The notes under the pieces were generated by a model. That model did not search any database. It saw nothing but the letters and a program-made list of their open reading frames with translations, and was not told where the DNA came from. The translations under genes and the position numbers were made by a program. From contig LSRY02000051.1 of assembly GCA_001643675.2 (NCBI GenBank), positions 496,001-560,000 of the forward strand: a DNA stretch of 64,000 bases. The letters run 5' to 3'. Positions 51,697 through 64,000 of this stretch are shown here, in pieces; position 1 is the first letter of the stretch, and the number at the start of each line of letters is the position of its first letter. This DNA is from Monocercomonoides exilis PA203 (Eukaryota; Protista; Preaxostyla).

Positions 51697-52150
51697 TTGG
51701 GCAAAATGTGTAAATTGATGAAATATAACAGGCCACACACATTTGTTGTACCGTCGATTGTATCAAACAGGGGTCACAGTGGCATTATTGTGGATTGTCA
51801 CATTGATGTTTTTCACTTAACTTGAGGGTTATTTTTGTGTGTTTAGCTTGAAAAAGTGTAAATTGGTAGACAGGACACCAAATTGTGGCAATATAGAGAT
51901 GCTGAGGGAAGGGAAATATTGTCTAAAATCTCCGTGCTGGAAGCGTGTCCTGGTGTTCAGGTGTCAAGGATAGTTTAATTTCATCTGAAAAGAGCTGCCA
52001 ACATGGGCATTTCACACCCAATTTGGTATGATTTTGAGTGTTTTTATTTATTTTCGACCATGTTGTCATTTTGCCACATTGCCACATGGAATCTTTGATG
52101 GTATATGACAAATGATACACTCTTATAATATCGTTTGTGTATTAATGATT

Positions 52151-52188
<38 letters not shown>

Positions 52189-52194
52189 ATATGT

Positions 52195-54024
52195 TTAGAT
52201 AATTTCCACATAACAGTCCACATCATCTTCATCTTCTCGTCGTTTGAGGAGTCGTTCATATTCTGGCTTGAGTTTATAACACCACACTTGACTTCCTCTT
52301 TCACATATCTTCTTGTGCTCACATCTGTCTATGATTGCTTGTTGGAATGAGCGATCGTTCTTTTATTCAACTGGCCTGAAACATAGTGCACCAGAACATC
52401 TCCACACTTCTTTGAGTTTATTGTAATGCTCCTGACAGAACAAATCGATGACAGAGAGTGATGCTGCAATGATATCTTCCTTTGCCTCCGTTGTTGGAAT
52501 AGCCCTTATGTTGAAATTGGAGAGATCTTTGCTGAGGAAATAGCAGAGAAGTTGTTCATAGAATTCATTCTCGAAAGAGCTTGTGAAATCCTTGAAGAAT
52601 GTGAGATTGTTCTTATATTTTGAGTTACAATCACAAACAACATTTTTTCTGTCACCAATCTCAATCTTTACCGGGTATGTGTGATTTGTCACAAATATGA
52701 AATGAGCAACGTTCTCAGTTATTCTTCTTGGCTGATTCTTCTTATTAATTCCGATTGTTGAATCTGCAATTATACTCATCAATACGTCAAAGTTAGCTGT
52801 TCGATCATCTCCAACGTTCTTCAATTCGTGAAGTGCATTGAACATTTTCCCTTTGAAGATGGAGTTGAACTGTCCTGTCAGTTCTGCAATCTCTGTGACA
52901 TTCGGACATGAATATCCTGCCAACAGTTCAGCAAGAACATTTGTCCAGATAATCTTTCCAATTCCTTGCAAACCTTTGAGAACAAGTGATGTTTCTGCTT
53001 TTTGACCAGGATTTTGAACAATTGACGCAATCCAACAGAGGATGTGTTGACAGAGTTCATCGTTGTTGTTGGCAATAACTTCTTATGTAAAATCAAGGAA
53101 TGGTTTGATGATTTCGTCATTTTGTTCGTTTGCCGTTTGGTATTTGAACCCATGGAACAGAGAGAATATTCGAGGGTTATCTGAGAAGAACTTCACCCCA
53201 TCAATCGATAGAACATGAGAGTGTTGTTCGAAAGCTGTTTCAACTGTGAGAGTCTTTTGATCATCATGCCAGAGTTTTATTGTTTTGAAGAGTTCGTACA
53301 TTGCTGATTTTATCTTGAATGCTATCGAATAACAAGAGGTGTGAATGTCAAACTCTTTCACAATGAATTCAATCCTTGCTTCAATAAACCTCAGAACTTT
53401 TGTGAGATCTTCAGTGACTTCAGACAGTGAGGAGTATAGTTTTCGACAAGCTTTATCCCTGATTTCAGAGAACGAGAACGATGAGTTGAGATCTATTTCA
53501 TGAACAGTAATTTCTCGTGGATGTTCTTCCTTTTGCTCATTCTCTTTTCTGAGGAGTGGAATGATTATATCGTTGAAACATGTTGGATTCCATCTCTTGA
53601 CAATCTTTTGAAGAACAAATGGATGTGACTTGTGATCCCTGTGCCTGTTTCGTTTTTCTTCAAAGTGAGTGATTGCATTTGATGTCAGAGCAGCTGTCTC
53701 TCTGATTTGATTGAAAAGAAAATCTATTGATTGATTATCAAAACCGTTAATATTGACGAGAGAGTTGAGAGCTGTAAATAACGGAAAAAGAGTTAACTCA
53801 GAATCAAGTGACAAAGAACCTGTGTCGTTATGCATTTCAACATCTTTGAGTCCATCAACAAGAGCAAGAGCGACAGTTGGAGACATATCAACAATTCCAT
53901 CTTTTGTGAGAAGATTGTGTGGTTCAGCTGCAATTATCGCTGATGTATTCTCTGTTTTGAGGTTCATACCGAATATGTCAAGAACACTCTCAAGTGATGA
54001 AAGATCTCTGAGGCATAGGTTCAA
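52195..54024 (-). pseudogene. Viral/Polinton-type primase-associated SF3 helicase with two in-frame stops
   Basis: Mirror of 58288-60117. Confidence 0.8.
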
Positions 54025-54762
54025 ACGCGTTCCTTTTGCAATTTGCGTTTTAAAACCCTCAAATTATAACGAATTAATAGATAATAATTATTAAAAAACT
54101 TTTTATGGACCGATTTTTCGAAAAGAATTTTATTTGTTGAAAAAAATGGTTTTTGAAATATGACCCATAAAAACATGAATTTCATTAAAAAATATTCAAA
54201 TTTTAAAGAAAACGTGATTTTTACACATCCAATCCGTTTGCATTATAATATAGACTATTTTATTTGTTAATTTTCATCAAAAAAATATAAATCATAAACA
54301 AAAAATTTAATTAAACATCTTTGATCTAACCCACAATAAAATTTTTAATATCTGGAAAATTTGAATATGCTGTTTTGGTTAAAATAGAACTCAAAAGTGT
54401 GTGATACGTTCACCTTTTTATGTTAATATAAGTATATTATTATATGCTAACTTGTATAATATTGAAAACAGGTTTTATTCACAGTTTCATTAAAGTGTGC
54501 TTTTTGACTTAAATTTTCATTAGCGTGCAGATGTTAATTTCAAAATTGGTTTCAATGGAACGCAAAAGGTATTATATGATTCATAATATCAAATAAATAT
54601 TCATTTTGTTTTTTTTCTTTCAAATATTTTCTTTTCCTTTGATGTGTTAATGAATTTTTATTTGAGACTCGATCAAAACATGCATCAATGAATAAATCTT
54701 GCTAAAATAAACAATAATCACACAAAACAATTCAATATTGTATTGTAAAAACAATAAACTTG

Positions 54763-55020
54763 GGTGATTATTTTTGAAATCATATTTTATCAAACAAAAA
54801 TATCGGTTCAAACATATTTTTTGAATACAATTAGAATATAAAAATTGAAAAGAAAAAAGGCTTATTGAAAACATTTTAATCTGTGATTCGGAAAAACTAT
54901 TTGTTTTGAAAAACAATTATCATGCATTTTCTCTTTTGAATATAAATTTTCTTACAAAAAACTTACAATTTTTGAATAATCAACACCCAGAAAAAAGATA
55001 TGACTTCAAAAATAATCACC
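54763..55020. mobile_element. MITE-like element (~258 bp)
   Basis: ggtgattatttttgaaatcatat (54763-54785) vs reverse complement of 54998-55020 ggtgattatttttgaagtcatat: 22/23. Flanks are TG and TA, a possible decayed TA TSD. Confidence 0.7.
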
Positions 55021-55092
55021 TACTTAATAAATGTTTGTCATTTTTATGTTTATTAATAAAAATGAAAAATGAGATTGATTTTGTTTTTTAAA

Positions 55093-57214
55093 AGTGGATA
55101 AGATGTTGAAATATGTGGAAGTGATGAAGATCCACACTTCACAACGTGGAAAGGGATAAAAAACATGGAAAACGAGAATGGAATCAAAACCATTTATATT
55201 GAAGGACACACAATAACGCGAGATTCATTCAACATGTCCAATTACAAGATCAAAAAGGCTTCTTCAATGGGAGAAGAGAATGTGAAAGCAACTTTGAATT
55301 TTGAAAAGTCATTTGGAAGCCAACTGGAATATTTCATGGTGAATGATATTCATCTTGAATTGACGAATATCCAACTTCAACTGGCATCGGGATTTGACAA
55401 CTCTGCTAAAACAATTATTTCAAATATAAATGGAGATTTGGTGATAGGTGGTTGCTCATTCCATTCAGAAGCAAGAGAAAACAATGGATTTGATTGTGTG
55501 TTTGTTGATGCGATTGGAGGCAGTATGGAAGAGAATGATGGAGGATCACACACCCAAGATTGGCTTGTTGAATGTTCGGGTTTTCTGACAATGAGGAGAC
55601 CTTCATTTGTTGTGAAAGGACAGATGAATTCAAGGATAAGTGCAATCATTCATTCAATATCAACACTCAGTGTGACGAACTGTTCGGTCTCATTTGAGAG
55701 TGGGGCATTGACCAATGGAAAGATCCGATATAATGTGATAATCATTGAGGGGGGAGAATTGATTGTTGATGGATTTGTGGTGGAAGGATGTATAATAACG
55801 AAGAAATGAGTGAGAGGAGTGTGGAAGGATGAGGGATGAAGATGCTGTTGAAGAGAGGATAGTCGGAGATGAAAGTGAGTGGATGTTCATAAGGGATGTG
55901 TGTGTGTGCTCGACAGGGAATGGAAGGGGAGGAGGGATGATGATTGATGCACTTGACCCGAATGTGGAGCACGTAAACACCGAAATGCCACCACTTGGGC
56001 TGAGATTGGAGAACATCCGATTCATGATGAATGATGCGTTTGTGGGGAAGGATGTGTTCATCCGATGTGACTCGATTGAGTTGCAGCTGAATGAAAGGCT
56101 GTTTGGACTGGACTTCAGCCAGGAGGCGCTGAAGGGGAAGGACTCGATGTGTGGGAGCGATGGAGAAGGGAAAGTTGATGTTGATCTGATTCTGCTGATC
56201 ACATTCTATTATTCTTCACAGGTGTTTGTGTGTGTGAATGGGAGTGACAACAGGCAGTGTGGAGCACAGAACAATCCATGTGAGAGCATTGGAAATGCTG
56301 TGCTGCACATTCAACGAAGCATAGGGAATACAATATGGATTGATGGAGAAGGGATGATGGGAGAGGAATGTGTGATTGGGGATGTGAGGATGGTGTCGAT
56401 GATGAGGGAGAATGCGACAGTGCATTTTGAGGGGAAGATAGAAAAATCATCAGAGGAGGACAACATCATGAAGTTTGTGAATGAAAGTGCAGTGGAAAGA
56501 TGCTCATTTGAGTTTGGAAGTGAGTTTGAGGCAAATCACAAGTTCGTTTTGAAAGTGAAAAACGGATCAATGGAGATGCGAAGTTGCGAGTTTATTTCAT
56601 CTGCTGTTGAGCTGAAGTTGGACAACACGATAGTGATTATGGAAAGCGGAGAATTGAGAATGTGGGAAATGGAATTCAGCAGTTTGCATCTGAGAGCACC
56701 ATTGATAGTATTGCGTGAAGAGTCGAAAGTGCAGACGAGAGAAACAAACATTTGGAATGTGACGTGTGAAGGAGATGAGGCTGTTGTTGTTGTTGAAGGG
56801 AAAGCAGTGTTTGAGATGAAAGAAATGAGCTTTGAGAATATTTCACTGTTGACGGATGGATGTGTAATAACGTTTGATGGAGCAGAAGAAGAGATACGAG
56901 TGACTGATTGCTTGCATGCGAAATGTGTGCATATGAATGGGAAAGGAAACATGATGGAGATGAGAGAATGCAGGGAAGTGCAGCTTGAGGCATGTTTGTT
57001 TGATGGAGAAAGATGTGAAGGCGGAGAAAAGAAAATCAATTGGAAAACGAATGAGGAAGAAGAAATGTGCAGATGGAATGGATCTCTTGTGGACGTTGTG
57101 AAGAGTTATGTGATGATGAAAGTTTCAACATTTTCGAATTCACCAGAAGGTGGAATAACAATGAGTGGAGAAAGAATAAGAATTGAAAAAAAAATATTTC
57201 AAATTATTTATTGA
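55093..57214 (+). pseudogene. Truncated, decayed ectodomain fragment of the giant surface-protein family
   Basis: SG*DVEICGSDEDP, GNGRGGGMMI, FMMNDAFVGKDVFIRCDSI, NGSDNRQCGAQNNPCESI and CLFDGE...MCRWNGSLVDV match the other paralogues. There is a stop/frameshift at ~55809, and no signal peptide, TM or tail. Confidence 0.85.
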
Positions 57215-58287
57215 GACTTCTTCACTATGCAAAAACTGTAATTAACTTATTTTTTTTTCGCAAATCCTATGTTGAAATTGTTATTTATTGTTTTGAAAGA
57301 ACTGCTTAAACATTAATATCTTATTCATTTTTGTTTTTTGTTTTATTTCCGATTTTGAAAATGAAATGATTTTAATATATTTGAAGAAGACATTTTAAGA
57401 ATTATTTCAAAAACAGTTTCAATTTTAAAAACAAAAAAAGCCTAAACTCGCTTTTTATTGTCAGAATTAAAAACATAACAATTTTATATCTGAGACATTA
57501 TATGAAATATAAACAAAGAGAGAAGAATGAAAAAATTAACTCATTAAAAACAAATTCTCAATTATTCTCAACTCAAAATGATTTAGATAACTTTTGGATT
57601 AATAAAACCAAAAAATTACCTGTTGCATTGTATTTATAAGGTCTAATTCAAAATAAAAAGTTAGAAAAATGAAAGAATTTGTTTGTTTTTCGAAGTTTCG
57701 ATTTAATTTTGTACTTTTTATTCATTCACAGTTTCGACAAACCGGTTTCAATCCATTTCCATCTTTTAAGAAATGTGTCTTTTGTTGATTCAGAATAGCA
57801 AATCACATATCAACAAGTTAACTTGACTAAAGAATAAAAGTGTTTTTTAACACTCAACATTCACAAAAATAACTATAATAAAATAATTGAATATAAAAGA
57901 GAACGTATCACACACTTTTGAGTTCTATTTTAACCAAAACAGCATATTCAAATTTTCCAGATATTAAAAATTTTATTGTGGGTTAGATCAAAGATGTTTA
58001 ATTAAATTTTTTGTTTATGATTTATATTTTTTTGATGAAAATTAACAAATAAAATAGTCTATATTATAATGCAAACGGATTGGATGTGTAAAAATCACGT
58101 TTTCTTTAAAATTTGAATATTTTTTAATGAAATTCATGTTTTTATGGGTCATATTTCAAAAACCATTTTTTTCAACAAATAAAATTCTTTTCGAAAAATC
58201 GGTCCATAAAAAGTTTTTTAATAATTATTATCTATTAATTCGTTATAATTTGAGGGTTTTAAAACGCAAATTGCAAAAGGAACGCGT

Positions 58288-60117
58288 TTGAACCTATGCC
58301 TCAGAGATCTTTCATCACTTGAGAGTGTTCTTGACATATTCGGTATGAACCTCAAAACAGAGAATACATCAGCGATAATTGCAGCTGAACCACACAATCT
58401 TCTCACAAAAGATGGAATTGTTGATATGTCTCCAACTGTCGCTCTTGCTCTTGTTGATGGACTCAAAGATGTTGAAATGCATAACGACACAGGTTCTTTG
58501 TCACTTGATTCTGAGTTAACTCTTTTTCCGTTATTTACAGCTCTCAACTCTCTCGTCAATATTAACGGTTTTGATAATCAATCAATAGATTTTCTTTTCA
58601 ATCAAATCAGAGAGACAGCTGCTCTGACATCAAATGCAATCACTCACTTTGAAGAAAAACGAAACAGGCACAGGGATCACAAGTCACATCCATTTGTTCT
58701 TCAAAAGATTGTCAAGAGATGGAATCCAACATGTTTCAACGATATAATCATTCCACTCCTCAGAAAAGAGAATGAGCAAAAGGAAGAACATCCACGAGAA
58801 ATTACTGTTCATGAAATAGATCTCAACTCATCGTTCTCGTTCTCTGAAATCAGGGATAAAGCTTGTCGAAAACTATACTCCTCACTGTCTGAAGTCACTG
58901 AAGATCTCACAAAAGTTCTGAGGTTTATTGAAGCAAGGATTGAATTCATTGTGAAAGAGTTTGACATTCACACCTCTTGTTATTCGATAGCATTCAAGAT
59001 AAAATCAGCAATGTACGAACTCTTCAAAACAATAAAACTCTGGCATGATGATCAAAAGACTCTCACAGTTGAAACAGCTTTCGAACAACACTCTCATGTT
59101 CTATCGATTGATGGGGTGAAGTTCTTCTCAGATAACCCTCGAATATTCTCTCTGTTCCATGGGTTCAAATACCAAACGGCAAACGAACAAAATGACGAAA
59201 TCATCAAACCATTCCTTGATTTTACATAAGAAGTTATTGCCAACAACAACGATGAACTCTGTCAACACATCCTCTGTTGGATTGCGTCAATTGTTCAAAA
59301 TCCTGGTCAAAAAGCAGAAACATCACTTGTTCTCAAAGGTTTGCAAGGAATTGGAAAGATTATCTGGACAAATGTTCTTGCTGAACTGTTGGCAGGATAT
59401 TCATGTCCGAATGTCACAGAGATTGCAGAACTGACAGGACAGTTCAACTCCATCTTCAAAGGGAAAATGTTCAATGCACTTCACGAATTGAAGAACGTTG
59501 GAGATGATCGAACAGCTAACTTTGACGTATTGATGAGTATAATTGCAGATTCAACAATCGGAATTAATAAGAAGAATCAGCCAAGAAGAATAACTGAGAA
59601 CGTTGCTCATTTCATATTTGTGACAAATCACACATACCCGGTAAAGATTGAGATTGGTGACAGAAAAAATGTTGTTTGTGATTGTAACTCAAAATATAAG
59701 AACAATCTCACATTCTTCAAGGATTTCACAAGCTCTTTCGAGAATGAATTCTATGAACAACTTCTCTGCTATTTCCTCAGCAAAGATCTCTCCAATTTCA
59801 ACATAAGGGCTATTCCAACAACGGAGGCAAAGGAAGATATCATTGCAGCATCACTCTCTGTCATCGATTTGTTCTGTCAGGAGCATTACAATAAACTCAA
59901 AGAAGTGTGGAGATGTTCTGGTGCACTATGTTTCAGGCCAGTTGAATAAAAGAACGATCGCTCATTCCAACAAGCAATCATAGACAGATGTGAGCACAAG
60001 AAGATATGTGAAAGAGGAAGTCAAGTGTGGTGTTATAAACTCAAGCCAGAATATGAACGACTCCTCAAACGACGAGAAGATGAAGATGATGTGGACTGTT
60101 ATGTGGAAATTATCTAA
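58288..60117 (+). pseudogene. Viral/Polinton-type primase-associated SF3 (D5/NrS-1-like) helicase with two in-frame stops
   Basis: One frame of 610 codons with TAA at 59227 and 59947: FSLFHGFKY...PFLDFT*EVIANNNDEL...WIASIVQNPGQK.ETSLVLKGLQGIGK (Walker A), LTGQFNS, NALHEL (decayed Walker B), FIFVTNH (motif C), GDRK, IPTTEAKEDII. The 5' end appears truncated. Confidence 0.8.
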
Positions 60118-60608
60118 ACATATTCTTTTTTTTTTTTTTTTTTTTTTTTTTTTGAATCATTAATACACAAACGATATTATAAGAGTGTATCATTTGTCAT
60201 ATACCATCAAAGATTCCATGTGGCAATGTGGCAAAATGACAACATGGTCGAAAATAAATAAAAACACTCAAAATCATACCAAATTGGGTGTGAAATGCCC
60301 ATGTTGGCAGCTCTTTTCAGATGAAATTAAACTATCCTTGACACCTGAACACCAGGACACGCTTCCAGCACGGAGATTTTAGACAATATTTCCCTTCCCT
60401 CAGCATCTCTATATTGCCACAATTTGGTGTCCTGTCTACCAATTTACACTTTTTCAAGCTAAACACACAAAAATAACCCTCAAGTTAAGTGAAAAACATC
60501 AATGTGACAATCCACAATAATGCCACTGTGACCCCTGTTTGATACAATCGACGGTACAACAAATGTGTGTGGCCTGTTATATTTCATCAATTTACACATT
60601 TTGCCCAA

Positions 60609-60839
60609 TCAACCCGGTGCATGCAAATAACCATTAACTTTTTCCATCATCTCATCTAACAACTCATCACTTTCGATAAGCTTTCTCCTCAATATCTTAA
60701 TCAATATCTTCTGTTTTTCGGATACATGTTCGTTGTAATACTTAGTTTCTTCCTTACGTTTTTCCTGAAACTGTTTAATTTGTTTCTGTTGATCCGCTTT
60801 TGCTTTTTCTACAGTTGCGTATATCTTCTTCCGACCCAT
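60609..60839 (-). CDS. Duplicate of the 76-aa hypothetical protein
   Basis: Identical translation to 51466-51696. Confidence 0.5.
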   Translation of the reverse strand: MGRKKIYATVEKAKADQQKQIKQFQEKRKEETKYYNEHVSEKQKILIKILRRKLIESDELLDEMMEKVNGYLHAPG

Positions 60840-61369
60840 TTTCTATAAAACAAAAAACAAAATCAATTATTTTTTATTTACGATTTCCACCAACGCATGT
60901 TCAACATACAACGGAGACAAAGTCTCCTGAGCAACTTCGTTGCGAACTCATGTTTTTCACAACGATTTCATCAACGATAACACGTTTAACACACAACACA
61001 TGTTCAATGGACAACACGTTCAACATGTTATTCATGTTATTCATCAACGATTTCATCAATTTTCACACTAATTCACCATCTTCGACACTCCAGTTAATCT
61101 TTTAGCTAATCTTCTCCTTGGAGATATCGTATGTCAGCTATTGACACATATCGATTACACAAATCAATAACTCCTTCATTATAGAACATCACCGAATATC
61201 TAATCATGATAAACCCCTAAGAGTGTCAGCAATAATCATCGATCTCTATCTTATTATCATTGCCTATTCCAATTGATAATACAAGATGATAACTACCATC
61301 AGATATACATAACTCGATAATATTGAATGATCTTAATCGAGATGGATCTATAGCTGATATACCATATCT

Positions 61370-61690
61370 GGGGGAAAATATGGACTTTCAAGCTTTTTAT
61401 GCACAAAGCATGAAATAACTGTTTCACTTATAACATTTTAAAACCAACCCAGATCTCAAAAACAATTTGATTTTCATATCTGTCAACAAACATCATTGAT
61501 ATAATAACATTTTGTTTTGTGACATCAAATGTATTTTAAAAAACAAACCCATTTTTTTCAAATTTTTTGATCACAAAAAGTTAATCAAAAGTGCATAATT
61601 TTTCAATGAAAATGCCTGAAGTTAAATATTTTGTCCCATCTCTTTAATGCTTTCGGCGAAAAAAAAGCTCGAAAGTCCGTATTTTCCACC
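61370..61690. mobile_element. Duplicate of the MITE-like element at 50615-50935
   Basis: Mirror copy within the inverted duplication. Confidence 0.75.
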
Positions 61691-62329
61691 GTTTGATTGA
61701 AATTTGTATTTTGAAACAGTTTTAGGCACAAATTGTTTGTGCACGTTTTTCTTTGAAACATTTGGATACCAAAAACATGTTCGTTTTCCGATTCACTATT
61801 ATTGTCAGGGCTTTTGAATAAAAAAGTCACAAAGATAAGTATTGAAAATGAAGGTTTCTCCGACAAATTGGAGCTGATGACTTGCAAACAAATAAGCAAG
61901 TTGGTTTATTTCATGTCCAAACCCAGATAGTGGGTATTATGCCATTTCAAATTCAAAAATTTTTTCAAATGAAAAGTTTTATTCGCAATTTGTTTAATTT
62001 TGCATTTTTCATTTCATATAACCTCACTTCATTTTTTTTTAAATTTTTTATAATTATCACTTTTTTAAAAAGTTGAAAATGAATGTTTCCCAATTTTCGA
62101 CATTTGCCAATTTTTCTAAGTGGAAAAGTTAATTTTGCTTATCTGTGTATATGTGTTATGAGTTTGTTAACGTGCTGGCTGATTCCTTTCGAAAACAGCC
62201 ATTTGAAGTGAGAGAGAAAAACATAAAATCTAATGTGCCGAACAGCAAAAATCTGAAAATAGATAAAAAGAAACAAATGACACATTTGACGTGAATGCAT
62301 TGGATCTCACATCAACTATTCTCAGTTGT

Positions 62330-64000
62330 TCAATTTCTTGATACAATTGACGAATAACCAGTGGTGGATTGGTCATTGCCTTCTCTTGATTCCTCCAAGT
62401 CTATTGCATCAGACATTGTGAGCACAGCAGCTCCTGGAGGGAAAAGTTGAATGAACTCTCTTTTGAAATGTGTCAAAGTCGGTCTATCTTCTCCGTTTTG
62501 TGCAAAACAAGCTTGTATTAACTGAAGAAGTTTTGATTCTTCAGCCTTTCTGAAATTCGGTCTTTCTCCGTTCACTATTTTCTGCCCTGCCACCACACCC
62601 TCATACTCCCCAAACGGGATCTCCAGCGTCACACACTCCCACAGCATCATCCCAATCGAGAATGACACTGATTCCTTTGTTGCCCCCATCTTCTTGTTCA
62701 TCAGCAGTTCTGGTGCCTTCCATCTCAGACACTCTTTTCTTATCTCGTCTTCGTCTTCAAAAGCAGATGAAGGAGGTGGTGAGTCTGTGAATCTCTCGCT
62801 CATCACTGAAATATTGGACGATGAAGATACAACAGTTAATGAAGAGATCGATGAGGAATCTGAACTATCATCAGAAGAAAGGAAGTCTGAATGCATGACA
62901 ATGCAGATCACCATGTGTTCAGAAAACAACACAATATGTGGACTCAGGCTGGCCAATGACTGAAGTGGGTTCTCCATTTCATCAAATGAGTGGAGAGCTC
63001 CATTCGCCACCCAGAACAGGATTTGGGCTGCTGTTTGTTCTCTCTCCTGAAGAGTGCCTATTGCCATCTCTTTTGTCTTATTCCTTCCATGCAACAACAT
63101 GAACAGAGAATCCCTCAAGTCCACAATCAGCTTTTCATGAGGGCGAGGAACAGGCCATTGCATCCACCAGATTCGACATCGACGAGGTGGTTGGACACAG
63201 ACTCTCCGATCGAACAAAAGTTGAATCTGTGTCTGAAGTGTCTGTTGTTGAAGTGGATGAAATGGAAGGTGATGGAGTCTGCTTTCTTATTTCCTCTTCC
63301 TCAACCTTCTCCAATGCCCACTGAGGAATCTTGTCTGAACCCTTTCCCAAAATATATTCAGTGGAGCCACTCTCGCTCAACAAATGCTCTGATGACTCAG
63401 AATGTCCCAGACTTTTTGTATACACCCTCTTCTTGATCCTCTCTTCGTTCTTCTTCTCTGCCTCCCTCTCTGCTCTCCTCCACTGTTCCTCAGGCGACAT
63501 CTCCATTGTTACCATCTCAAACGCTTTCGGATCCTTTTTGATATTGTCTTCCACAATCACTTCCAGCTCTTCTGTTCTTCTCTTTTGCTTTCTCCAGCGA
63601 ACAGTCAAAACAACAATAATTGCCAGCAACACAATGAAAACTGCAGAGGCAATTACAATAATAACCCACCACGACTTCTTCTCATTTCCACCTTCAACGA
63701 TCCTTTCATCTCCTTTTGCCTTTTGTCTCACTTCTATTCTTCAGAATGAATGACTGGGTTGATGAAGGAGAATCGGCATTCCCAAACAGAAGACATACAC
63801 TCACCTCTTCTGATTCTTCTTCTGCTTCTGCCTCGGGCTCAATCTCTGAGGATGAAACGGCACACCAGGCCTCGTGCTCATCCACAAACCCATCCTCCCC
63901 AAACTCATGCCTCTCAATGTGCTGCTCAGAGCGGAGTGAGCGCACCAGCTGGCAGGAGAGGTTGCAGGGGAGCAAGAGCTCACCCACAAACCTGAGCTTG
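62330..64000 (-). CDS. 3' part of a duplicate of the giant protein gene at 42320-49976, with two single-base homopolymer frameshifts
   Basis: ORF pieces 63706-63987, 63135-63731 and 62330-63217 reproduce the C-terminus of 44790-49976. Extra T at ~63722 and extra G at ~63142. Confidence 0.85.

Larger units (their letters stand above)
48308..54411 (+). repeat. Left arm of a >=6.1 kb inverted duplication
   Basis: Reverse complement of 57901-64000. ORF translations are mirrored identically (313, 202, 76, 101, 98 aa). Inner end ...gtgtgtgatacgttc. Confidence 0.97.
57901..64000 (-). repeat. Right arm of the inverted duplication (continues past the window edge)
   Basis: The differences I could find are homopolymer length changes: A35 vs T28, and single extra bases near 62040, 63142 and 63722. 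Confidence 0.97.

Noticed and set aside
52152-52186. Poly-A tract as a retroposed tail of the helicase gene
   Set aside because: It is poly-T on the helicase sense strand, and no TSD or RT gene is visible. Similar homopolymers occur at ~2000 and ~27010.
25714-59949. Alternative genetic code (TAA/TAG=Gln, known in some oxymonads), suggested by in-frame TAA in TAP42, at the Gln of the DDE QPxD motif and in the helicase
   Set aside because: CAP ends in TAA and GlyRS in TAG at their expected C-termini, and multi-kb ORFs contain no TAR codons. The affected genes carry other lesions, so simple nonsense mutation explains the stops.

Overview
AT-rich, intron-containing eukaryotic DNA read with the standard genetic code. 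The gene style (Ser/Glu-rich inserts, short GT-AG introns, giant beta-helix/TM/pseudokinase proteins) suggests an oxymonad-type metamonad such as Monocercomonoides; this is inference. Host genes: the 5' end of a probable protein kinase, an RPGRIP1L-like coiled-coil/C2 protein, cyclase-associated protein (CAP), glycyl-tRNA synthetase, a disrupted TAP42/alpha4 copy and a small two-TM protein. A family of giant single-pass surface proteins appears four times: one intact (3013 aa), one with a single frameshift (~2550 aa), one partial duplicate and one decayed fragment. The two long copies have divergent ectodomains but a ~1 kb nearly identical pseudokinase tail. Mobile DNA is dense: four distinct small TIR elements found by eye, a decayed pogo/DDE_1 transposase, a decayed viral/Polinton-type SF3 helicase, and a >=6.1 kb near-perfect inverted duplication. 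The most striking item is an open Sola2-like DDD transposase (35323-39116) with a USP-type deubiquitinase domain, catalytic residues intact, inserted in frame. All family assignments are by manual motif recognition; no searches were run.
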